Shown here in pieces: positions 36,619-46,041 of a DNA stretch of 64,000 nt. The stretch comes from Gemmatimonadales bacterium. Its GTDB lineage: Bacteria > Gemmatimonadota > Gemmatimonadetes > Gemmatimonadales > GWC2-71-9. Position 1 is the first letter of the stretch; each line of letters starts with the position of its first letter. The stretch covers positions 32,001-96,000 of the forward strand of contig JBFJCP010000011.1 of assembly GCA_041615815.1 (NCBI GenBank). Direction: 5' to 3'. The notes under the pieces were generated by a model, which was given only the letters and a program-made list of their open reading frames with translations, did not search any database and was not told the DNA's origin. The position numbers and the translations under genes are program-made.

Positions 36619-37629
36619 ATGCTCCGCCTGCCGTCGTTCGACTACCTCCAGCCCAAAACGCTCCGGGAAGCGCTCAAGATGAAACAGGAGGCCGGGGCGG
36701 TGGGGATGTATGTGGCCGGCGGCACCGATCTCTATCCCAACATGAAGCGCCGTCACCAGGAGCCAAAGGTGGTGATCTCGCTGGCGGCGATCCGTGCGCT
36801 GCGGCGCATCACCGGGGGAACGAGAGGGTCTGCACTCTCCGTGGGAGCGGGTGTCACGCTCACCGAGCTGCGCCGGCACCGGAGAATCCGTTCGCGTTAC
36901 GCCGCCGTCGCCAAGTCGGCCGAGCTGATCAGCACACCCATCCTACAGAACATGGGCACGCTCGGTGGCAACCTCTGTCTCGATACACGATGCAACTACT
37001 ACAACCAGGGATACGAGTGGCGGAAGTCCATCAACTTTTGCATGAAGAAGGACGGCGACATTTGCTGGGTGGCTCCGTCGAGCCCGCGCTGCTGGGCAAT
37101 ATGCTCGAGCGACCTCGCGCCGGTGGCGGTGGCGATGGGGGCCGACTTCACCCTTGTGGGGCCACAAGGCGAACGGGTGGTACCGGCCAGCCGGTTTTAC
37201 CACGACGACGGCATCAATTACCTGACGAAGCAGCCTGACGAGATCCTCACCGACATGAGGCTACCCGCCACCAACGGGTGGGATGCCGTGTATTGGAAAC
37301 TGCGTCGGCGAGGCTCGTTCGATTTTCCGGTCCTTGGAGTCGCCGCGTGGATTCGATGGGAAGGTTCGCGCGCGGCCGAGGCACGTATCGTCCTTGGCGC
37401 CGTGGCGAGCCATCCATTGGAGGTGGCCACTGCGGCGGATGCCATCGTGGGCACGGAACTGGACGATGACGCGATCGGGGCCGCAGCCGATGCTGCGTAC
37501 AAGCCCTCGAAGCCAATGGACAACACGGACTTCGGTCTGGCGTGGCGAAAGCACATGACGCGGGAGTACGTAAAGGGCGCGTTGAAGGAACTGCGCGAAC
37601 GTGTTCGTCGCGCCGGGATGGGCCGCTAG
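36619..37629 (+). CDS. FAD subunit with [4Fe-4S] insertion (HcrB-like)
   Basis: AGGTDL, NMGTLGGNLC, Cys insert C-x15-C-x7-C-x8-C, KLRRRGSFDFP. Confidence 0.92.
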   Translation: MLRLPSFDYLQPKTLREALKMKQEAGAVGMYVAGGTDLYPNMKRRHQEPKVVISLAAIRALRRITGGTRGSALSVGAGVTLTELRRHRRIRSRYAAVAKSAELISTPILQNMGTLGGNLCLDTRCNYYNQGYEWRKSINFCMKKDGDICWVAPSSPRCWAICSSDLAPVAVAMGADFTLVGPQGERVVPASRFYHDDGINYLTKQPDEILTDMRLPATNGWDAVYWKLRRRGSFDFPVLGVAAWIRWEGSRAAEARIVLGAVASHPLEVATAADAIVGTELDDDAIGAAADAAYKPSKPMDNTDFGLAWRKHMTREYVKGALKELRERVRRAGMGR

Positions 37630-37819
37630 GTTCTCGTGCCGAGATCGTGATCAATCTCGAAGAGACCTTCCTATTCAGATCCCAAAACGATGCCGCTGAG
37701 CGCATGATCACACCTCGCTGCGTCGTGGACTATGTCATAGGGAGGAATCCCAACCGGTCACCGCAGTCGCTGCCTCATCCAGGGAACCTTCTGCGGAGAT
37801 TCACGCTCATATCGACTCG

Positions 37820-38182
37820 ATGTCCGTAGGGCAGATCGGTATCACCGCGGTGCATGCCTTTGTAGGGTGGGGGCTCTGCGGCGCAACGATGGGCATCGGC
37901 CTGGCCAAGACGTCGCTCGCGCGCGCGCTGCTCATTCACGCCGTGGCGGCTCCGGTCATTTTCGGCCTCATATCCTTCATCTATTTCACCCATTTTGGCT
38001 ACTCAACTCCGTTGGCAATCGCCGTTGGATTCGTTACGGTCGTGATTGCGATGGACTTTCTGGTCGTCGCCCTCCTGATACAGCGCGAACTCACCATGTT
38101 CCGGAGCGTCCTCGGAACCTGGCTTCCGTTTGCGTTGATCTTTGCATCCACCTACCTCGTCGGGCGTGTCACGCTGCCGTAG
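37820..38182 (+). CDS. Small 4-TM hypothetical membrane protein
   Basis: Four hydrophobic segments; HAFVGWGLCGATM, MF.S.LGTWLPF. Confidence 0.75.
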   Translation: MSVGQIGITAVHAFVGWGLCGATMGIGLAKTSLARALLIHAVAAPVIFGLISFIYFTHFGYSTPLAIAVGFVTVVIAMDFLVVALLIQRELTMFRSVLGTWLPFALIFASTYLVGRVTLP

Positions 38183-38270
38183 GTACGAAACCGAGCAATC
38201 TGACTGCACCGAGTCTCGCCGCACACCCAGCCCCAAGCCAGATTATGGAGCCTCCATAAAGGAGACAGAG

Positions 38271-39518
38271 GTGAACAGATCATTGGCGAGCGGTCATGTC
38301 CTGCATTGGCGGTGTGGACTCTGGATCGCTCTGGTCACGGTGCCGCTTGGTCTTAGCGGATGGCGCCCGATCGCGCCTCCACCGTCGGCGATCACCGGTG
38401 TCGTATTCGTCGATCACAACAGTAATGGCCAGCGGGATGCGCAAGAGCCGGGAGTCGCGGAAGTCGCGGTTTCGGATCAGGTGAACGTCGTCACCACCGA
38501 TCCGGCCGGCCGGTACGAGTTGACCCGCAGGAGCACCGGGGGACTGGTTTTCGTGAGCGTTCCCAACGGATACAAGGCCACGCACGGTCAATGGCGCGCG
38601 CTGAAACCGGGCCACGAGACCCACCACGTCGATTTCCCACTCCGGATCGACCCGCCCCGTCGTTCGTTCAGGTTCATGCACGCCTCGGATACTCACGTGA
38701 GTGAATCGAGCGTCGAACGGATGCGGCTGCTCCGCGAGCTGGTAGACTCACTGCGGCCGGCCTTTCTCCTGATGACTGGAGATCTCGTGCGGGACGCGCT
38801 GAGAGTGGGCGAGGAGGAGGCCAGACGATACTACGAGCTCTACCTCTCCGAGATCGAGCGGTTCAGCGCACCAGTGTGGAACGTACCCGGAAATCACGAG
38901 AACTTTGGGATCGAGCGACACCAATCATTGGTCAGTCGCGAACATCCCCTCTACGGCAAGGGAATGTTCCGCCATTACCTGGGTCCCAATTACTACTCCT
39001 TCACCTACAGCGGTGTGCATTTCGTGGGACTCGACTCGGTGGATTATGACGATCTGTGGTACTACGGACATATCGATTCCACCCAGGTAGCATGGCTGAA
39101 GCGCGATCTGTCCACGGTGCCGGCAGGCACGCCGATTGTGACGTTCAACCATATTCCGTTTTTCAGCGGTATCCTGTCCGTCTCCGGCTACAACGACACG
39201 TCTGTAGCGCCAACGCTGATTCGGATCGGTGGTGTCACGCAGTTTCGGCATACCGTTTCCAACGCATATGAGCTGATCAGTCTCTTGACTGCGCGGCACG
39301 ACTATACCCTTGCGCTCGGCGGTCATGTGCACGCTCGGGAAAAGCTGGTGTATGACGTCGATGGGACCAACGTGCGGTACTACCAGTCAGCGGCGGTGAT
39401 CGGTCCGAGTGGGCGTCCCGGCATGCGGATGACCTCCGGCGTGACCCTCTATCGCGTGGAGGACGGCCAAATTGACGATGGCGAGTTCATCCCGTTAGAT
39501 ACGCCGATGCAGCATTGA
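38271..39518 (+). CDS. Exported calcineurin-like metallophosphoesterase with N-terminal beta domain
   Basis: SD AAGGAG plus GTG; GVVFVDHNSNGQRD; SDTH, TGDLV, PGNHE, NHIP, GHVH. Confidence 0.9.
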   Translation: MNRSLASGHVLHWRCGLWIALVTVPLGLSGWRPIAPPPSAITGVVFVDHNSNGQRDAQEPGVAEVAVSDQVNVVTTDPAGRYELTRRSTGGLVFVSVPNGYKATHGQWRALKPGHETHHVDFPLRIDPPRRSFRFMHASDTHVSESSVERMRLLRELVDSLRPAFLLMTGDLVRDALRVGEEEARRYYELYLSEIERFSAPVWNVPGNHENFGIERHQSLVSREHPLYGKGMFRHYLGPNYYSFTYSGVHFVGLDSVDYDDLWYYGHIDSTQVAWLKRDLSTVPAGTPIVTFNHIPFFSGILSVSGYNDTSVAPTLIRIGGVTQFRHTVSNAYELISLLTARHDYTLALGGHVHAREKLVYDVDGTNVRYYQSAAVIGPSGRPGMRMTSGVTLYRVEDGQIDDGEFIPLDTPMQH

Positions 39519-39717
39519 GCGGCATCCCGCTCGGGTACGGAATTCACGCGACCGTGCCACCCTGTCTTGCCGTGCACGGTTCTAACGCGCAAGCTCGTGT
39601 AGCAGGACTCCCACCACGAGATCATCGTGGTTGCGCCCTGCACAACACCCACGCACGGCAGCGGCACTCGATGACTGGATGGCGGTATCAGTGTTACTGC
39701 GATCTGGAGGTGAGACC

Positions 39718-40089
39718 ATGATCAAGGGCGTCCACACCATGTTCTACTCTTCGGAGCCGGAAAAACTCCGAGCCTTTCTGCGAGACAGACTCGGTTTTCC
39801 GTATACGGATGTCGGGGACGGCTGGTTGATCTTCGACCTGCCCGAGGCTGATATGGGGTGTCACCCGGCGGATGAACGGGGGGAGGACGGAGCCCCAGCT
39901 GGGACTCACGACATCTCGTTTTACTGCGATGATATCGAGAAGACCGTCGCCGCACTCACCGATCGCGGAGTGGAGTTCACCGGCGGTATCGAGGATGCGG
40001 GCTACGGGATCAGAACGTACTTCCGGATGCCGGGGAACATACGCGTCCAGCTCTACGAGCCTCGCTACACCAAGCGCCCGGACTCTTGA
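39718..40089 (+). CDS. VOC/glyoxalase family protein
   Basis: SD GGAGGT; DVGDGWLIF.LP, ISFYCDDI, QLYEPRY. Confidence 0.85.
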   Translation: MIKGVHTMFYSSEPEKLRAFLRDRLGFPYTDVGDGWLIFDLPEADMGCHPADERGEDGAPAGTHDISFYCDDIEKTVAALTDRGVEFTGGIEDAGYGIRTYFRMPGNIRVQLYEPRYTKRPDS

Positions 40090-40125
40090 TTTGGCGATTG
40101 GGATCAAATCCATGCCGAAACCTCC

Positions 40126-40506
40126 ATGAGTGTGAAGCAACGATTCACCGACGACATTCTCGACGCCATCGACAGCAGTAAGATCTTAGGCATCCGAGCC
40201 GGAACCGAGCCTCACCGTTTCATTGGGATCTGGAGCGTAGTGGTGGAGAAACGCGTATTCGTCCGTTCGTGGAGCATCAAACCGCGAAGCTGGTACCGCA
40301 CGTTTCTCGAGGATCCGCGCGGCACGATCAACATCGCCGGTCGCGAGGTCCCTGTCCGCGCCGTGCGCACGAGAAGTGAACGGGTGAAGGATGCGGTTAG
40401 TCGAGCCTACCTGGAGAAATACGACACCCCCGGGTCCGTCAGGTATGCGCGGGATCTGGGACGCGCCAGATCCAAAGCCACGACGACCGAGCTAGTGCCA
40501 CGGTAG
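40126..40506 (+). CDS. DUF2255-like protein
   Basis: IWSVVVE.RVFVRS...SWYR, AY.EKY, TTELVP. Confidence 0.75.
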   Translation: MSVKQRFTDDILDAIDSSKILGIRAGTEPHRFIGIWSVVVEKRVFVRSWSIKPRSWYRTFLEDPRGTINIAGREVPVRAVRTRSERVKDAVSRAYLEKYDTPGSVRYARDLGRARSKATTTELVPR

Positions 40507-40829
40507 AACGACAGAAGCTCGGCGTTCCCAGGACCGTCGCCGCCCAGGCTCTCCTTCGCGTACCAGCCCTGGTATTCTCTCGCCGATGGCTCGGTCAGCC
40601 CCTCGGCGCGCTCATGATTGACGGGCGCCGGACGCCGCACGCGACGATATGCCTTCACCCCACCGATATGGCAAACCATGACCGAATCTTGCTGCTCGCT
40701 CACGCACGGTCACTGAACGCCAGAGACCCCTGAATCGAGTCACATCACCCTCCGTCTCAGTGCATTCTCGTCCCGCCGGTGACTGCTGTCTTAGATTGAT
40801 ATGAGGGCCATCCTGACTGTGGGGTCACC

Positions 40830-41873
40830 ATGCTGCTGCTCGCCGTATCGATCGCCGTCGTACTCACTGTCTCGGCGTTCTGCTCGCTCTCGGAAGCCGG
40901 GTTGTATGCCGTTCGGCTCCCGTATATCCGCAAGCTCGTGGACCGAGGGAGTAAGGCCGGACCGCTCCTGCTAAAGTTCAAGCAGGACATTCAGCAGCCC
41001 ATTGCCGCAATTCTCATCCTCAATACGATCGCCAACACCGCTGGGGCCACCGTGGCGGGCGCGCAGGCCCGGGAGCTTTTTGGCGAAGGTGTCCTCATCT
41101 GGTTCACCATTGCCTTTACCCTTAGCGTGTTGTTCCTATCGGAGATCCTCCCCAAGGTCATCGGTGTCACCTTCAATAAGATCGTGGCCCCGGCGGTAAG
41201 CGTGCCGCTCCAAGCCGTGCTAGTGCTGTTGTTTCCGATGGTGTGGCTGACTGAGACAGTAACCCGCGCCATTCGCGGACAACCGCAACCGATGGCGCCG
41301 GAGGACGAAGTCCAGCAGATGGCCAAGATCAGCGCCGAGGAAGGAAGCATCCTCCCGATGGAGGCGGACCTCGTCCACAATGTGCTGCGCCTCAACGACG
41401 TCCGTGCCAGAGAGATCTTGACCCCGCGAAACGTCGTGTTCAAACTGCCCGGCGACGTGACCGTTGCCGAAGTGCGGGATCAGGTGCTCCACCTTCCGTT
41501 TACTCGCATTCCGGTGCATGCAGAGGGAGATCCCGAACATTGGGAAGGGGTGGTGCTGCTGCGAGACATCCTGAGATGCATCGCCAACGACGAGTTCTCG
41601 ACAACGCTCGGCTCACTCGCCAAACCTCTACACTTCGTGCCGGAATCGACCAGTGGGCACACACTGCTCGCGGAGTTTCTTCGTGAACGGGCGCACTTGT
41701 TCGGCGTCCTCGACGAGTTTGGAAGCGTGATGGGCGTCGTGAGCTTGGAGGACGTCCTGGAGTCGCTCTTGGGCACGGAAATCGTCGATGAGACCGATAC
41801 GACGGTCGATTTGCGGGACGCTGCCCGACAGCGGCACAAGAAGCGCTTCAAGAAAGAGGAAGAGAAACCGTGA
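40830..41873 (+). CDS. CNNM (DUF21) plus CBS-pair membrane protein
   Basis: SAFCSLSEA, AILILNTIANT.GA, SEILPK, TPR, FTRIPV, VLDEFG..G.VSLEDVLE. Confidence 0.92.
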   Translation: MLLLAVSIAVVLTVSAFCSLSEAGLYAVRLPYIRKLVDRGSKAGPLLLKFKQDIQQPIAAILILNTIANTAGATVAGAQARELFGEGVLIWFTIAFTLSVLFLSEILPKVIGVTFNKIVAPAVSVPLQAVLVLLFPMVWLTETVTRAIRGQPQPMAPEDEVQQMAKISAEEGSILPMEADLVHNVLRLNDVRAREILTPRNVVFKLPGDVTVAEVRDQVLHLPFTRIPVHAEGDPEHWEGVVLLRDILRCIANDEFSTTLGSLAKPLHFVPESTSGHTLLAEFLRERAHLFGVLDEFGSVMGVVSLEDVLESLLGTEIVDETDTTVDLRDAARQRHKKRFKKEEEKP

Positions 41874-41926
41874 GCGTGACAATTCCGCAGTGAACGTCAC
41901 GTTACATGTTGAGCGAGGCACAAGTA

Positions 41927-42784
41927 ATGAGCGACTCGACCAATAGGGTCTGTATCGTCACCGGGGGAAGCACCGGAGTTGGTTACGCATCGGCGCTGGC
42001 CCTGGCGCGTGAAGCGGCTACCGTCGTTGTGGTTTGCCGGAACCGAAAGCGCGGAGAGACGGCGATTCGGAAGATCCATGCCAAGGTACCCAACGCTCGA
42101 GTGCGGCTGAACCTGTGTAACCTCGCCAGTCTCACGCAGGTTCGCGAGCTCGGTTCCCAGCTTGCCTCCGAGTACTCCCAAATCGATCTCCTGGTCAATA
42201 ACGCGGGGGTGTACCGTGCGAGTCGTGAGATTACCGAAGATGGTTTCGAAAAGACGTTCGCCGTCAATCACCTCGCACACTTTCTTTTGACGCATTACCT
42301 GATCCCTTCGCTCCGACAAACAAAGGGACGGGTGATCACCGTGAGCTCGGAGGCTCATCGCGGGGCGAAGGTGGATCGAGCGTCGCTGGAGGATACCATC
42401 AGGGGCCGGCGTCGGTACGGCGGGATGCGAGCCTACAGCGACTCGAAGCTCGCCAACGTGTTATTTACCGTCGAGCTCGCCCGCCGACACCCGGTGAACG
42501 AACTCGCCACCGCGGCCCTCCACCCCGGCGTCCTCGCCACGCGGATCTGGAATCAGAACCACAACGCACTGAGCTTGCTCATGCGGGTCTTCAAGCCGTT
42601 TCTTGGGCGCCCGATGATCGGAGGTGGGGCGGTCCTGTTTCTCGCAACCGCCGCCCGTGAGGAGATTCACGGTCGGTATTACGACAAGCAACGTCCGGTG
42701 GACCCATCGCCCAAGGCCCTAGATCCGGAGCTGGGACACGATCTTTGGCAATTGAGTGCCGCGCTCGTGGGGATTTCCGACTGA
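41927..42784 (+). CDS. SDR family oxidoreductase (retinol dehydrogenase-like)
   Basis: TGGSTGVG, NNAG, FAVNHLAHF, YSDSK, LHPG. Confidence 0.92.
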   Translation: MSDSTNRVCIVTGGSTGVGYASALALAREAATVVVVCRNRKRGETAIRKIHAKVPNARVRLNLCNLASLTQVRELGSQLASEYSQIDLLVNNAGVYRASREITEDGFEKTFAVNHLAHFLLTHYLIPSLRQTKGRVITVSSEAHRGAKVDRASLEDTIRGRRRYGGMRAYSDSKLANVLFTVELARRHPVNELATAALHPGVLATRIWNQNHNALSLLMRVFKPFLGRPMIGGGAVLFLATAAREEIHGRYYDKQRPVDPSPKALDPELGHDLWQLSAALVGISD

Positions 42785-42923
42785 ACGAGCGGGCCACAAA
42801 CTGAACTGCTCACGACCCCAGGCAGAGGTGAATTTTCCAGAGACGGGACAAAGAGGTCTCATAGCATACGCAGGAAGGGATGGCGCACGACACACAGCCG
42901 GAATCCACAGAAGGGAGCGACCA

Positions 42924-43397
42924 ATGGCCCCCCTGCCTATTCCGCACGGCTTTCACACGGCCACCCCCTATCTCATCGTCCGACATGCGGAGGAGGCGGT
43001 GGCGTTCTATGAGAAGGCATTCGGCGCAACGCCAATGATGGCTCCACTCAGAGACCCGACCAGTGGCAGCATCGTCCACGGGGAGCTCAAGATTGGGAAT
43101 TCGCCGATCATGATCACCGAGGAAAACCCGGATTGGGGCAACCGGAGCCCACAAGCGCTGGGCGGCGCGTCGTCCGCGGTACATCTCTATGTCGACGACG
43201 TGGATGCGCTGACGAGCCGGGCCGTCAAGGCCGGCGCCAAGATCTTGATCCCCGTCGACGATCAGTTCTACGGCGACCGATCCGGACGTCTCGAGGACCC
43301 CTTCGGCCATATCTGGATCGTCGCCACCCACATGGAGGACGTGAACCCGGAAGAGATGCAGCGACGGATGGAGACTTTCATGAAGCAACAGGGATAG
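42924..43397 (+). CDS. VOC family (PhnB-like) protein
   Basis: IPHGFHTATPYL, FYEKAFGA, LYVDDVD, DQFYGDR.G...DPFGHIW. Confidence 0.92.
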   Translation: MAPLPIPHGFHTATPYLIVRHAEEAVAFYEKAFGATPMMAPLRDPTSGSIVHGELKIGNSPIMITEENPDWGNRSPQALGGASSAVHLYVDDVDALTSRAVKAGAKILIPVDDQFYGDRSGRLEDPFGHIWIVATHMEDVNPEEMQRRMETFMKQQG

Positions 43398-43465
43398 ACG
43401 GGAGAGTACTAGGCCCTCACCCGGCAGGTCTCGAACCAGCTCAGCAAATCAGCGGAGGGAATACC

Positions 43466-43906
43466 GCGGCAGTAAAGCCCATTCCTGACGGGTATCACAC
43501 GATTACGCCGTACCTTTTAGTGAATGAGGTCGGTGAGCTGGTCCGATTCGTGACTCGAGCCTTCGGCGCCTCCGAAACCCATCGCCTCGATCGTCCCGAT
43601 GGCTCGATCATGCACGTCGAGGTACGGATCGGTGATTCGGTCGTGATGATGGGAGAGCCCATGGGCGACTTTGGTCCCATGCCGACGTCACTTTATCTCT
43701 ATGTAGAGGATTGCGACAGCGTTTACGAGCGCGCGATCGGCGCGAACGGGATTTCGGTCATGGAGCCGACGAACATGTATCACGCCGGCGAGCGTTGCGG
43801 CGGCGTTCGAGACCCGTCGGGAAACATTTGGTGGATTGCGACCCACGTCGAGGACGTGTCGCCGGAAGAACAAGCTCGACGCGCCGCGCAACTCGGGAAC
43901 GAATAA
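43466..43906 (+). pseudogene. Second PhnB-like VOC gene lacking a canonical start codon
   Basis: Frame intact (AVKPIPDGYHTITPYL...DPSGNIWWIATH), but the codon 7 nt after SD GGAGG is GCG. Confidence 0.55.
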
Positions 43907-43926
43907 TCCTGACCAGGAAGGATATC

Positions 43927-44400
43927 GTGAGCAAACGAAAGACGTTTCGCGAGAAGCTTGCCGACAACAAGGATCTCCCGCGCGTCGAATCCATCTCTCC
44001 CGGCATGGAAAAACAGTGGGGCTCCGGAACGATCGTGATCCCAGCTCCGCGCGAGGTGGACGAGATCATGCGCAACGTTCCCAAAGGCAAGCTGATTACG
44101 ATCAACCAGATTCGGGACATTGTCGCGAAACGACACGGCGCCACCATTGGATGTCCCATCACGACCGGGATCCTGCCGCGGATTGCCGCGGGGGCGGCCG
44201 GGGAAGACGAGGCGCAAGGCAAGACATCGGTCACCCCGTATTGGCGCACCCTCAAGGCCGGGGGCGAACTGAACCCGAAATACCCTGGCGGCCTCGGCGG
44301 TCAACGGATTCGTCTCGAGAACGAAGGTCACGAAGTCATGGCGAAGGGAAAGCGCCTGTTCGTGCGGGACTTCGAACGCTCGCTCGTGGGTTCGCCGTGA
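43927..44400 (+). CDS. MGMT/ATL-like DNA-binding protein
   Basis: VPKGKLIT HTH start, CPITTG, TPYWRTLK..GELNPKYPGG...Q..RLE.EG. Confidence 0.75.
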   Translation: MSKRKTFREKLADNKDLPRVESISPGMEKQWGSGTIVIPAPREVDEIMRNVPKGKLITINQIRDIVAKRHGATIGCPITTGILPRIAAGAAGEDEAQGKTSVTPYWRTLKAGGELNPKYPGGLGGQRIRLENEGHEVMAKGKRLFVRDFERSLVGSP

Positions 44401-44673
44401 GGCGCCGGGAAACGCGCTCGGTCTCTACCCGATAAGCGGCTTCCGGAACGACGTCGCCTTCCACCTACAGTATCTACAGCAGAGCTTTGCAAACGCTGCA
44501 ATGTTCCTCCTGGGTCGGACGTCGGCATGGCACCAAGATCCGGACGGGAATACGCCCTGGGACCATCCCTTGACATGGAGACGTCACGCTCCACCATTGG
44601 CTCGGCAGTATATTCGCCGGTGTCGGGACGCCTGCGCGAAAGTCTCACATTGAATCTCAAACCAGAGGAACCA

Positions 44674-45603
44674 ATGCGAATCCCCTCGATGCTGCGTATC
44701 GTCGTCCTTGCCTTGCTCCCACTCGGCTGTGAGCAAAGTGAGCGGGGCGCCTCCTCACAGGGCGGCGAAGCCGCGCCTCCCGTCTCGTGGGGTGTTCCCC
44801 AGGACTCGACAAGCCGCGTGGCAATCGTCTCCGGTTTTGCCGGGCCGGAAGCCGTACGGTACGACCCGGACCAGGACGTCTACTTCGTGGCCAACTTCAA
44901 CGGCGGCGGTGGCGAGCGCGACAGCAATGGATTCATCAGCCGAGTTACGGCGGGCGGGGTGCTCGAATCGCTCGAGTTTGCAAGCGGAACGGCCGAACGA
45001 CCGCTTCACGCGCCACGGGGCATGTTCATCGTCGCAGACACGCTGTGGGCGGCCGATGCCGACGGTGTTCACGGGTTCAACCGGCGAACGGGACAGCAGG
45101 TAGCCTTCATCGATTTTCGCACCTTCGAGCCCGGATTCCTCAACGACATCGCGCGCGGGCCGGACGGGGCATTATACGTCACGGATACCGGACGGTCGCG
45201 GATCTATCGTGCGAGAGGAAGGACCGTGACTGTTGCCATCGAAGACTCCGTCCTCGGTCCCCCCAACGGGATCACATGGGATCCGGTGGCGGAGCGGTTC
45301 CTGCTCGCACCGTGGGGTGGGAACCAGCAATTCGCCGCCTGGCAACCCGGTAGTGCCAGCGCCGAGATCTTTGCCGAGAGCCCTGGTGGACGATTCGATG
45401 GCATCGAAATCGTCGGCAACCGAGTACTGGTGGCGAGTCAAGTTGATTCCAGCTTACACGTGCTGGAAGCAGGTTTGGGACAGCCGTACATTCGAGTCGC
45501 TGGTCGTCCCGCAGACATCGGGATCGATACCCGGCGGATGCGCGTTGCCGTGCCATACATCTCACTCGATCGCATCGATATTTGGCAGCTACCAACAAGG
45601 TGA
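44674..45603 (+). CDS. SMP-30/gluconolactonase-like beta-propeller lipoprotein
   Basis: Lipobox PLGC; GPEAV, NGFISR, APRGM, FLNDI, PNGI, FDGI, PADIG. Confidence 0.8.
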   Translation: MRIPSMLRIVVLALLPLGCEQSERGASSQGGEAAPPVSWGVPQDSTSRVAIVSGFAGPEAVRYDPDQDVYFVANFNGGGGERDSNGFISRVTAGGVLESLEFASGTAERPLHAPRGMFIVADTLWAADADGVHGFNRRTGQQVAFIDFRTFEPGFLNDIARGPDGALYVTDTGRSRIYRARGRTVTVAIEDSVLGPPNGITWDPVAERFLLAPWGGNQQFAAWQPGSASAEIFAESPGGRFDGIEIVGNRVLVASQVDSSLHVLEAGLGQPYIRVAGRPADIGIDTRRMRVAVPYISLDRIDIWQLPTR

Positions 45604-45711
45604 TCTCAGCCCGTGCGCTGCCGATCTCGGCTCGTCCGGTCGGCAGCCTTGCGAGTCGGGATCTCCACCGGGTGGCTCCTATGATACACGTTCCGAGGTC
45701 TCGAGACATTT

Positions 45712-46041
45712 ATGGCATATGATGAAGAACTGGCGCACCGCGTCAGGGCGCTCTTGAAGGACGAGAACGCCGTCACGGAGCGCCGGATGTTCGGTGGCCT
45801 CGCGTTTCTCGTTCGAGGAAACATGTCCTGTGGCATCGTGCGCAATGAGCTCATGGTGCGCGTCGGTCCTGAAGACTATGACGCCGCCTTGCAGGATCAG
45901 AGCGCTCGTCCCATGGATTTCACGGGCAAGCCTATGCGTGGCTTCGTGTACGTCCGCTCGGCCGGTATTGCTTCCGACGCGGACCTGCAACGCTGGGTGC
46001 ACCGCGGATTCCAGTACGCGGCATCCCTGCTCGCCAAGTGA
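45712..46041 (+). CDS. TfoX/Sxy N-terminal domain protein
   Basis: MAYDEELA.RVR, RRMFGGLAFL..GNM.CG, MDFTGKPM.GFVYV. Confidence 0.9.
   Translation: MAYDEELAHRVRALLKDENAVTERRMFGGLAFLVRGNMSCGIVRNELMVRVGPEDYDAALQDQSARPMDFTGKPMRGFVYVRSAGIASDADLQRWVHRGFQYAASLLAK

Noticed and set aside
33550..37629. Assigning hcrCAB gene symbols
   Set aside because: Active-site differences and missing pathway context do not support true 4-hydroxybenzoyl-CoA reductase function.
40407..40703. 98-aa minus-strand ORF
   Set aside because: Overlaps the DUF2255-like gene convergently by 100 nt, with no SD and no motif.
41894..41904. Dyad AACGT-C-ACGTT upstream of the SDR gene
   Set aside because: Only 5-bp arms, within chance expectation.
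42924..43906. Frameshift fusion of the two tandem VOC genes
   Set aside because: The first gene ends normally, there is no slippery site, and the second has its own SD; a mutated start codon is simpler.
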